Positions 10,640 through 18,504 of a DNA stretch of 64,000 nucleotides are shown in pieces (the first letter of the stretch is position 1; the number at the start of each line of letters is the position of its first letter). This DNA is from an uncultured virus (IMG/VR IMGVR_UViG_3300003402_000002). Taxonomy: Duplodnaviria > Heunggongvirae > Uroviricota > Caudoviricetes. The position numbers were made by a program, and so were the translations under genes. The notes beneath the pieces are model-generated. The model saw nothing but the letters and a program-made list of their open reading frames with translations, ran no database searches and was not told the origin of the DNA. The stretch covers positions 1 to 64,000 of the IMG/VR virus record IMGVR_UViG_3300003402_000002, one strand, 5' to 3'.

Positions 10640-12040
10640 ATGGCCACGCTTTACTTTAACCGAGCCAACCAGGACTTTGACGATCTCTTTGAAGCCGACG
10701 CTAGCGGTGTGACGATACCCGGTTATTACGCTTCAGACGGCGTTACCCTCCTGAAGTACGCCAGTGTTGCCGATGGCAGTAAGATCGCTGACGTGGAGCA
10801 CTACACGGCAGAAGGCGTTGACGTTACCAACGTCTGGGCGGGTAAAGGGACAGTGTCCTACGTTCAAGCGATGCCGGATCTTGGTACCTACGACCCTACG
10901 ATGATTATGGTGGTCCCGGTCAATTACGCTAATCGGATGCGTAGTAGTTTGGAACTCACCATGGTCAACGATGGTACATATCAGCTCGTGCTGTATGGCA
11001 CCAACTTTGTGGATGATACTCGCGTATCCGCTGGTCAACAAGTAACTAACCCAGCTACTGGTGTCGTTGTGGCATCCGGTAAGTGGCTCATCCAAACCGG
11101 TGCCGGTAAAGGCGCTGGCTATACCCTCGAAACTTCTATTGGGAATACCGAATGGGGTCGCACGGACTACAACGTCATACCGCCGACGAGTTGGGTTTAC
11201 CAAGCCAATTCCATGTTGGGTAGTTTCAACACGTACTCAGGTACGACTGAAGGGATAGGGTCTTTCTCGCTCGATACCACACGTGTGGTGAAAGGCGTTT
11301 TGGACATGACCCCGACCGGTAATAACGACAACAGTTCTTGTAACGATAAGAACGCTGCGTTCTCACGGTACTGGCGCGGTCGGATCAACTGCCGCATCCT
11401 GCGTAACGGCGTGGTGATGGATACGTTTGTGTTCAGTTTCCACGTTCAATTACGCTGGTCTAATACCGGTGACTGGACACCCGGTACGGGTGGCGGTGGT
11501 GGCGGTGGAGGCGGCGGCGGCGCTTGTGTGGTACTCGATGCGGAGATGTTCGACGGTCGAACAGCGGGTGAGTATCGTTTGGAGGATACCATCCTCGTGA
11601 CCGACCCGTACGCTCTGGAGGGCAATCCCAATAGCGACTACGGGACGATCTGCTACAGCGAACCCGTCCAGCAACCGTGCGTGGAAGTGGAGTTGTCCAA
11701 CGGTGCGACGCTCAAGATGTCGACGACAGCGCCGATCCCGACGCAAGATCGTGGCTTCTTGAACGCCCCTGACTTGCTGGGTGAGTTGATTCCTGCGGCG
11801 AAGCGTAGCGATGTACTACGTCCTGATTTCAAGGGTATGTCTGGACAAGACGGTACCCCGAACGTTCCCTTCGAGTGGACGACTGTGGTGGCGGTACGTG
11901 ACATTGGCTTGCAGTGGGTGCGTCACTTGACGGTAGATCATCCTCAGCATTGCTTCTGGGCGTGCTCCGGTGGTGAATGGTTCATTCTTCATCACAACCT
12001 GAAACAGGCTCCTGGCGGCGATACTACGTTACCGTCGTGA
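10640..12040 (+). CDS. putative fibre-tip adhesin with poly-Gly linker and C-terminal Hint (intein-like) domain
   Basis: GGAGG RBS; Gly11-Ala-Cys296 start of Hint domain; VELSNGATLKMSTTAP block-B-like segment; ILHHN453 terminus. Confidence 0.7.
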   Translation: MATLYFNRANQDFDDLFEADASGVTIPGYYASDGVTLLKYASVADGSKIADVEHYTAEGVDVTNVWAGKGTVSYVQAMPDLGTYDPTMIMVVPVNYANRMRSSLELTMVNDGTYQLVLYGTNFVDDTRVSAGQQVTNPATGVVVASGKWLIQTGAGKGAGYTLETSIGNTEWGRTDYNVIPPTSWVYQANSMLGSFNTYSGTTEGIGSFSLDTTRVVKGVLDMTPTGNNDNSSCNDKNAAFSRYWRGRINCRILRNGVVMDTFVFSFHVQLRWSNTGDWTPGTGGGGGGGGGGGACVVLDAEMFDGRTAGEYRLEDTILVTDPYALEGNPNSDYGTICYSEPVQQPCVEVELSNGATLKMSTTAPIPTQDRGFLNAPDLLGELIPAAKRSDVLRPDFKGMSGQDGTPNVPFEWTTVVAVRDIGLQWVRHLTVDHPQHCFWACSGGEWFILHHNLKQAPGGDTTLPS

Positions 12041-12073
12041 CGCTTCGGTGTGGGTATCTGTAAAACAAAGTGT

Positions 12074-12117
12074 AGAGTCTCCCTGGGGTCACACCCCAGG
12101 GAGACTCTCTTTTATTT
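12074..12117 (+). terminator. intrinsic terminator
   Basis: 16-bp stem AGAGTCTCCCTGGGGT/ACCCCAGGGAGACTCT followed by CTTTTATTT. Confidence 0.8.
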
Positions 12118-12125
12118 AGGAGTGT

Positions 12126-12740
12126 TTGGATATGCTCGCTTCACAAACGTTGTATTTTCCTTCTTCGAACCAAGTCACAGCCGCGGCGGACTTTACCAAT
12201 TTCGATGCGACCTTGAATGTAGTCTACGACGAGCGAGCCACCAAGGTATTAGGAAAGAAATTCTATCGGGTGACGCAGTCGTTCCGATTCTTCCGAAGCC
12301 GTGAGGAGTCCAACGTGTGGGCTTATGTCCCAGCAGGGTATCTTTCCGACGGTGCTTCGGTGCCGCGGTTATTCCAGTGGTTGTTACCGGCGTGGGGACG
12401 TTATGGTCAGGCGGCGGTTTTGCATGACATCTTGTGTGATACGCTGCAACTGTTCAAGAACAGCGTACCGGTACCCATTACCCGTAAAGAAGCTGATCAT
12501 CTCTTCTTAGACGGTATGGTTGCAGCTAAAGTTCCGTGGCTGACACGGATGGTGTTATTCGCAGCGGTGCGTCTGTGGGGGTTGTTCGGATGGCGTCCCA
12601 AAGCGGAGTGGTTAGCCAAGAAACGAGCTTTAGAAAGCGAGTACATGAAGAGTTACGGTACCTATCGAGACCCTTCTGAGGTTTTCACGCAAGTTAGTAT
12701 TGCGCGGTGCGGTACCCAGGTGGCTTCTGAAGCCCATTAA
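12126..12740 (+). CDS. DUF1353 family protein
   Basis: VPAGYLSDGASVPR, AAVLHD, and RKEAD motifs; start is TTG 12126 or ATG 12132 after AGGAG. Confidence 0.8.
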   Translation: MDMLASQTLYFPSSNQVTAAADFTNFDATLNVVYDERATKVLGKKFYRVTQSFRFFRSREESNVWAYVPAGYLSDGASVPRLFQWLLPAWGRYGQAAVLHDILCDTLQLFKNSVPVPITRKEADHLFLDGMVAAKVPWLTRMVLFAAVRLWGLFGWRPKAEWLAKKRALESEYMKSYGTYRDPSEVFTQVSIARCGTQVASEAH

Positions 12741-12780
12741 ACAGCATACAGCCCGTCCTCAGGGACGGGCTGTATGCTGT
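12741..12780. terminator. bidirectional hairpin
   Basis: perfect 18-bp stem ACAGCATACAGCCCGTCC-tcag-GGACGGGCTGTATGCTGT between convergent genes. Confidence 0.8.
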
Positions 12781-13286
12781 CACTGCTGTGAGGGTGTATC
12801 GGGCGTAGCGGGCTTCTCAGGGGCCTTGGCTGGCGCGTCAGCTTGGGTATTCTCCTCTTTGAGAACATCCACCATCGTTCGCACCACCATTTGTAAGGTG
12901 TCGGCATTAGCCTTACTGTCGGGATTACGTAGGGTTCCGACGGCTAGCGTAAGGGAGATCAAAGTCATCACCACCATCAGGATGATAGCTAAAGGTGACA
13001 TTCGCCGCGTTGGAGGTACAGTCGGTGGTACTGGCGTCTGCGTATCCACTGTGGGGACAAAGCGAACGGTACTACCTTGGACTTCCACGTCTTGGCTCAA
13101 GATCGTCAACAACGTAGGCAGGGGCAGGCTACGTATTTTGTCATGCGCTTGCTTACCGGACATCGTGACGTTCAGGTAGTAAGACTCCGGAACAAGATTA
13201 TTGAAAAGCAGTACCGCTTGGGTACTCCATTCAAAGTCGGACAAGGGATGATCCCCTGCAAGCCCAACGAGATCGTCGAGTTTCAC
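12780..13286 (-). CDS. membrane protein
   Basis: single hydrophobic helix LAIILMVVMTLISLTLAVG; directly downstream of ruvC. Confidence 0.65.
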   Translation of the reverse strand: MKLDDLVGLAGDHPLSDFEWSTQAVLLFNNLVPESYYLNVTMSGKQAHDKIRSLPLPTLLTILSQDVEVQGSTVRFVPTVDTQTPVPPTVPPTRRMSPLAIILMVVMTLISLTLAVGTLRNPDSKANADTLQMVVRTMVDVLKEENTQADAPAKAPEKPATPDTPSQQ

Positions 13287-13312
13287 TGTGGTCAGCCTCT
13301 GGGTTTTTTCTT

Positions 13313-13900
13313 TTAAAGACCGGGAATTTGGTCTCGAAAGATTTGTGATTGGTAATAAGCGACAGCTAAAGCATCGACTTGGTGTTCATCTAACGTGGAT
13401 AAGTCAATTCCAGAAGCGTAAACCAGAGGGAGCCTAGCAATCGCCACCGTCACATCGTCTTTCGTCACTCCCCGCTTGACCAGTACACCTACGGCTTTTT
13501 TGGCCGTCGGGGGATCCACCACGTCCAAAGGAATATACCGATCGTATCGGCACACCGCACGACGGACATAACTGACGCATTCCGTCAGCGCCGCGAATGC
13601 TTGGGGAAAGCGTCCCATGTAGGGCGCTTCGCTACAAATAGCGTGAGGTTGCCATTGTTCAAAGAGCAAAAACAGGCGATCTTCTAACGCCATCAAACGC
13701 GCCGTGCGTGTACCATGAACGTCTTCTTCGACTCGGTACATACTCAAGAGCTTTTGCGAGTGGAGCGTCTCGGTATAAGTAACGGTGCGTGAGCCGTCTT
13801 GCAGCGATAAGTCTAGTACGGAAAAACCGAGGTTCTCCGTACCGGGATCAATACCTACCACGCGGAAGGGGTGAGACGCTTCGGGGCGTGGTTTGGACAC
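13313..13900 (-). CDS. ruvC: RuvC-like Holliday junction resolvase
   Basis: VVGIDPGTENLG, CSEAPY, AKKAVG, DEHQVDALAVA motifs; GTG start just after the upstream stop codon. Confidence 0.85.
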   Translation of the reverse strand: MSKPRPEASHPFRVVGIDPGTENLGFSVLDLSLQDGSRTVTYTETLHSQKLLSMYRVEEDVHGTRTARLMALEDRLFLLFEQWQPHAICSEAPYMGRFPQAFAALTECVSYVRRAVCRYDRYIPLDVVDPPTAKKAVGVLVKRGVTKDDVTVAIARLPLVYASGIDLSTLDEHQVDALAVAYYQSQIFRDQIPGL

Positions 13901-13901
13901 A

Positions 13902-14762
13902 TTAACCGCCCGACAGCCCCACCAGCGGCTCAGTACCGCCAAGATCGAGGTCGTACTTAAAGCCTTCCGACGTAAACGCCACCGGCCACAGGCCTGTGAT
14001 GTGCGTCACGATCTGCGCCATCACCACTTCGTTCATATTGAACGCGGACTGTCCAGGGTCGGTTACCGAAAGTACTCGGTCACAACCAGCCACCAGCCCG
14101 ATTTCGGAGATCAGCGCGCGCTCTTCTGAACCGTAAAGGATTTTCGCCACTTCGATCAGTTCTGACACATCCGTTGCGCCGAACTCCAGCGAGATCATCG
14201 CCGAGGTGGACAACGACGTCCCATTCGTCGTCACCACGTTATCTGGACTAGGATCCTGTGGTGTAGGATGAAGATTCGCGTTGGTCGGAACAAAGGGTAC
14301 CGACGTCGTCACTCCGTTGACTGTGGTGTTATGCAACATCTTGACTGGATCACCGGAAATGGGAATACGCTTGAGATAATAAGCGATGAAGTTCTCGCCA
14401 TTCACCGTGATCAGCTTACGCAAACCGTAAGCCGCCCGGTCAGCCACCGCCAGGTCTTCGGTAGGGCTACGCAGCAGAAACGGGATCTGGTTATACAGAC
14501 CAAAATCATCTGGGGAATGCTGCCGTGCCTGCACATACTGACCGCCGTCCGCGCCCGTGCGGTTGACGTGTCCGTTGGTGCCGATACTGTAATAACGTAC
14601 CACCGGGAAATCGCCACTGGTGGGCAACACAGCAGCATTCACTCCTAGCGCTTCGTTCAGGGTGGTGTGTTCAACGTACGTGTAGGGTTTACCCTGTTGC
14701 TGAGCCGCCAGCAACCGGGAGCCGTTGATGGTCCGCGTGATGATGCGGGGTGAAGTAGACAT
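13902..14762 (-). CDS. virion structural protein (phiKZ gp139-like)
   Basis: HTTLNE, YYSIGTNGH, IAYYLKRI and ISEIGLVAG motifs recalled for this family; synteny with ruvC; ATG at 14762 chosen. Confidence 0.65.
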   Translation of the reverse strand: MSTSPRIITRTINGSRLLAAQQQGKPYTYVEHTTLNEALGVNAAVLPTSGDFPVVRYYSIGTNGHVNRTGADGGQYVQARQHSPDDFGLYNQIPFLLRSPTEDLAVADRAAYGLRKLITVNGENFIAYYLKRIPISGDPVKMLHNTTVNGVTTSVPFVPTNANLHPTPQDPSPDNVVTTNGTSLSTSAMISLEFGATDVSELIEVAKILYGSEERALISEIGLVAGCDRVLSVTDPGQSAFNMNEVVMAQIVTHITGLWPVAFTSEGFKYDLDLGGTEPLVGLSGG

Positions 14763-14842
14763 GCGAACACTCCAGTGGATAGGTTTTTGAGGCGCAAAAG
14801 GGCGGTCACAATATAGATCGGGATGTAAAAGACTAATGGGCG

Positions 14843-14882
14843 GTATAAAAAACACTCCTCTTTAAAGAGGAGTGTTTTATGT
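14843..14882. terminator. palindromic hairpin with T-tracts
   Basis: AAAACACTCCTCTTT/AAAGAGGAGTGTTTT. Confidence 0.7.
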
Positions 14883-14926
14883 TCTTTAAAGACTTTCCTG
14901 CGATGGGAGCACCATTCACGTTGGAC

Positions 14927-15409
14927 TTATAGGTTACCTATAGATTCAATTTGGAAGTCCCCATAGGCACTACTTGTACCGTCAGATACCGTACACCGGA
15001 AAGTGGCAATGTGAGAAGAGAAGCTTCCATTAGTCGACGTATCGTCAATGGTTACCGTTGGTGTGTTGGCTCCGCTAGCAATGGTGAGGTTGGCTTGACC
15101 TGTGACTTTCGTCCAACTAAAAGTCTTCGAAGCAGAACTACCATTGCTTGAAGCGGTGATCGTACTAGTTTGATTCCACCCGAAAGTAGCGTTACCTGTA
15201 AACGTGACACTAGTGATCGGCGTGTACGGAGGGGGGTTATCCGCGCCTGAGAACTGGGAGAGTTTCAAACCTGCTACCGTTGTGGAAATTGCGGCGTTGG
15301 CTGCAATGTTCGGCACGTATGATCCACCACGCACATAGGCACTTAAGTTGTTCGGACCAGAAAAAAACGCCTTTACTTGCGAGAATTTAGGGTTAGTACC
15401 AAGTGCCAT
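14927..15409 (-). CDS. small putative fibre-tip adhesin (fibre-attachment N-terminus plus Ig/PKD-like domain)
   Basis: LSAYVRGG...ISTTVAGLKLSQFSG N-terminus; FSWTKVTG...FRCTVSDG Ig-like motif; downstream of an S74 fibre. Confidence 0.55.
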   Translation of the reverse strand: MALGTNPKFSQVKAFFSGPNNLSAYVRGGSYVPNIAANAAISTTVAGLKLSQFSGADNPPPYTPITSVTFTGNATFGWNQTSTITASSNGSSASKTFSWTKVTGQANLTIASGANTPTVTIDDTSTNGSFSSHIATFRCTVSDGTSSAYGDFQIESIGNL

Positions 15410-15418
15410 GTCAAATCC

Positions 15419-15814
15419 TTAAGGAATAGGAGGCGGGCCTTCGAGGGTGGCCTTGAGAGGGTAGCCGGGTGTACCCGCCCGGACGTTGTGAAAGAAGTCG
15501 TAGGCAACCTTGTTGTAAACCAGGATACCCATCAACGAAATCTTAGAAAGGTCTGCACCCGTGACAGGGTCGAGGTATCCTTGCGGGACCAGACACATCT
15601 GCATCAGGTTCGACAGATCTTGTTCGAGAGTGTCGTTCGCGGTACCGATACGTTGATAGGTGTTTCCCATCAAGATATACGGTGCGCCGTTAAAGATCAC
15701 ACGTCCATGTTGGGTCGTGGGATCGTAAAAAAGTTGCTCTTGCGAAGCAATGTACTCAGCAATGTACCCACCGCCCATATCCACAAAGCGGGAGTTATTT
15801 GGTTTATCGGCCAC
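15419..15814 (-). CDS. hypothetical tail-fibre-associated protein
   Basis: AGGAG RBS with GTG start; DPVTGADLSKIS motif; lies in the fibre operon. Confidence 0.6.
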   Translation of the reverse strand: MADKPNNSRFVDMGGGYIAEYIASQEQLFYDPTTQHGRVIFNGAPYILMGNTYQRIGTANDTLEQDLSNLMQMCLVPQGYLDPVTGADLSKISLMGILVYNKVAYDFFHNVRAGTPGYPLKATLEGPPPIP

Positions 15815-15830
15815 GGTGGGACTCCTAAAG

Positions 15831-15865
15831 AAAAGGTAGGGTGAGGAGCGCCGCTCCTCACCCTA
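15831..15865 (-). terminator. hairpin/terminator after fibre gene
   Basis: TAGGGTGAGGAGCG/CGCTCCTCACCCTA followed by CCTTTT on the minus strand. Confidence 0.65.
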
Positions 15866-15872
15866 AGAATAG

Positions 15873-18446
15873 TTAAGCTTCTTTCAATAACCTTTGTACG
15901 GCGCGCTTGAGGATTTTTACCTCAGCGTTCAATGCCGTATGTTTACGTTCAAGCACCTGACGAGCCTGACGTTCAGCACACAGTTCAGCCGACAGCACAG
16001 CGGACAAACGCGGGTATCGGATAACGAGTTTTCCGTCTTCACCGATCTCCACTACTTCGGGATAAAGACTCTGTACCTCTTGCGCGATGAAACCGAGTTC
16101 TCGCTCACCCGTGGTCTTACGAGTGTACGATACTGGACGCAGTTCCCCTTTGGGTTTCAACGTACGGATATCGCGCTTTAACCGGCGATCCGATGAAATA
16201 GCAAAATCCGAAGCTGTCAATGTACCGTTCTCGGCAAAGGTGTATTGCTGACCCACCCCACCCGTACCGCTGGATACCGCAATACCCAGACTCGTCGAAC
16301 CGAAAATAATGTCACGGCGTTTCGATGTGCCATACTGTCCCGTAATACCCGGCGACGAACCGGGTGACGTGATGACCACGTTACTTCCAGCGGGGGAGGA
16401 ACCAGGAGTATTTACCTGTAAAGTGTCGGTTGATGCCACACAGTTGACGGTCAACCCGCCATTATCGAAGTAGACATTGTTGTCCGACTCGAAGCGAAGC
16501 ATCCATTTCGAATTAGAGATGTCGTAGAGTCCAACACGAGGAGTTTGTGTTGAGATTAAACCCACTACGCGCTGGCCTGTAGACGCTAGTCGATAGTTCG
16601 TCTCACTCGCCCCTGAAAGGGTTACGTTACCTGTCATTGTCGGATTGACTTTGGATGCGTAACTCGTCGGATCCAAGTTACCATCGTGCCAGAGTTTACG
16701 CCATACACCCCAGGCTCCGGATCCTCCCACGTCGGGAGGATTACCACTACGCCACGCTAGATTGGCACTTCCATAATCGCTGGCGATCTGAGCGATGGTA
16801 TCTTGAGCACCGTGCATTACTAGAAGCTGACCGTAGTTGATACCCGAGGGCAAGTTGGCGTTGGCTGCTTGAAATCTATAAAAACCCGCTGTCGTGACAG
16901 TATTGAGATCAACTGATCCGGCGTCTCCGCTGGAGAAATTAGTGGCTCCGATAGGGCCAGTAAACACCTGACCATTCACATTTGCTTTACCAGCGGCGGC
17001 TCCTAGACTCAAGAAATTCGCACCCACCCAACTTTGGAAAGCGACGTTACCTATGTCTGTGGCGTCCACTGTGACGCCCAGCAAACTACCCGTCTTCCAC
17101 CCAATCTTGACGTTATTACCTAGCTGACCAATGCCGGTGCCCTGCTGAACGGGAGTGTAACCAAGGTTTCCTGCGGCTACACCCGCTGCGAGTGTGGTGG
17201 CTAACGATACATTTCCGCTACCATCAAAGGAAGTGCTACCGGTCATGTCTCCCGTCAGACTGATGGTGCGGGCGGTGAAGAGCTTGCTAGCACTGGCCGC
17301 ATTGGCGTTGGTATCGAGTTTGGATGATGGGGTGAAATTGGACGCATTCCAAATCCGCCGCCACGTTCCCCAACTCGTGCCGTTGTGGGTGCGGAACCAG
17401 GTCTCATCCGCACTGGTACCGAAAGCCCTCTGAAGTAGTCCTGTACTGCCGCTACCGTAAAGGAGCGTTTCGATATACCAATACGTCGAACTGGCGCCAG
17501 GTGTGTTAGCCAAACTAGCGGCTACCCACGCTTTTGTACCGGCGGCTAAGGTATTACAATCCAGTCCCGACCCCGCGTTGTATTGCGTGGAAGACAACGG
17601 GAGGTATTGGAGAGCTGTGGGATTTAAGTTTCCGGTGTGGTAGAAAGTTTGCCAGGGCGACCATGTCGCGGCATCATCTTTCACCCGGAAAGAAGCCAAC
17701 GCTGAAGTGGTGAACGAGATCTGGGAGGCGTCTCCGTTAGACGCCTGTAGATGAATAACGTCGTGGTCGGCACCAGTGATGGGAGCACCGTCACTGGTCG
17801 TACCGCCCATGCGGTAGAAACCGGTCGTATTGATGGTGTTCCATCCCGTACCTGCGTCCACCATCACACCACCCAAACCACCAGTACCGACAGCCATCTT
17901 ACCGTCTAGTAGTCCTTGTAAACCGTTCGTCTTGGCGATAGACAATGTATTGTCGGCCATCACTGTCGCAAGCGTCACGTTACCACTACCATCAAAGGAC
18001 GTGGATCCCGTTATCAAACCCGTCAGACTGATCGTCCGCGCTGTCATGAGTTTCGAAGCAGATACAGCATTTGCTCCAGAAGGTAACTTACCATCCAACA
18101 ATCCTTGTAGGCCATTGGTTTTAGCTACAGAAAGACTACCATCGGCGATTGAAGTGGCTAAACTAAAGTCGACACTACCATCAAAAGACACACTACCGGT
18201 AACCGCTCCCGTGAGCGTGAGAGTTTTTGCGGCAGGCCAAATCGACGGTCCCGTCGCTCCTCCGATCTGGGTTTCGAGGTCGTCGATACGTTGGTTCACC
18301 GACACGTTCACGAACGTACGGAAGTCGCCGAGTAGGACATTGACAAAGTCTTGATCGCCGGGCCCGGTGCGCACGGTAACGTACTGGGCTTCGAGTGGGG
18401 TATCGCTAAACCCGAGCTCTCCCAGACTGAGGTATTTCATGGGCAT
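15873..18446 (-). CDS. tail fibre with C-terminal S74 chaperone
   Basis: repeated ARTISLTG..GSTSFDGSGNV motifs, pyocin-knob-like DLNT..GFY..W..WR modules, ISSDRRLKR, GFIAQE. Confidence 0.85.
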   Translation of the reverse strand: MPMKYLSLGELGFSDTPLEAQYVTVRTGPGDQDFVNVLLGDFRTFVNVSVNQRIDDLETQIGGATGPSIWPAAKTLTLTGAVTGSVSFDGSVDFSLATSIADGSLSVAKTNGLQGLLDGKLPSGANAVSASKLMTARTISLTGLITGSTSFDGSGNVTLATVMADNTLSIAKTNGLQGLLDGKMAVGTGGLGGVMVDAGTGWNTINTTGFYRMGGTTSDGAPITGADHDVIHLQASNGDASQISFTTSALASFRVKDDAATWSPWQTFYHTGNLNPTALQYLPLSSTQYNAGSGLDCNTLAAGTKAWVAASLANTPGASSTYWYIETLLYGSGSTGLLQRAFGTSADETWFRTHNGTSWGTWRRIWNASNFTPSSKLDTNANAASASKLFTARTISLTGDMTGSTSFDGSGNVSLATTLAAGVAAGNLGYTPVQQGTGIGQLGNNVKIGWKTGSLLGVTVDATDIGNVAFQSWVGANFLSLGAAAGKANVNGQVFTGPIGATNFSSGDAGSVDLNTVTTAGFYRFQAANANLPSGINYGQLLVMHGAQDTIAQIASDYGSANLAWRSGNPPDVGGSGAWGVWRKLWHDGNLDPTSYASKVNPTMTGNVTLSGASETNYRLASTGQRVVGLISTQTPRVGLYDISNSKWMLRFESDNNVYFDNGGLTVNCVASTDTLQVNTPGSSPAGSNVVITSPGSSPGITGQYGTSKRRDIIFGSTSLGIAVSSGTGGVGQQYTFAENGTLTASDFAISSDRRLKRDIRTLKPKGELRPVSYTRKTTGERELGFIAQEVQSLYPEVVEIGEDGKLVIRYPRLSAVLSAELCAERQARQVLERKHTALNAEVKILKRAVQRLLKEA

Positions 18447-18471
18447 GGGGTATGTTCCTTCCCTACGTGGG

Positions 18472-18501
18472 GTAGTGGGGGTGTCATGACACCCCCACTA
18501 C
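18472..18501. terminator. intergenic palindromic hairpin
   Basis: GTAGTGGGGGTGTCA/TGACACCCCCACTAC. Confidence 0.6.
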
Positions 18502-18504
18502 GAT

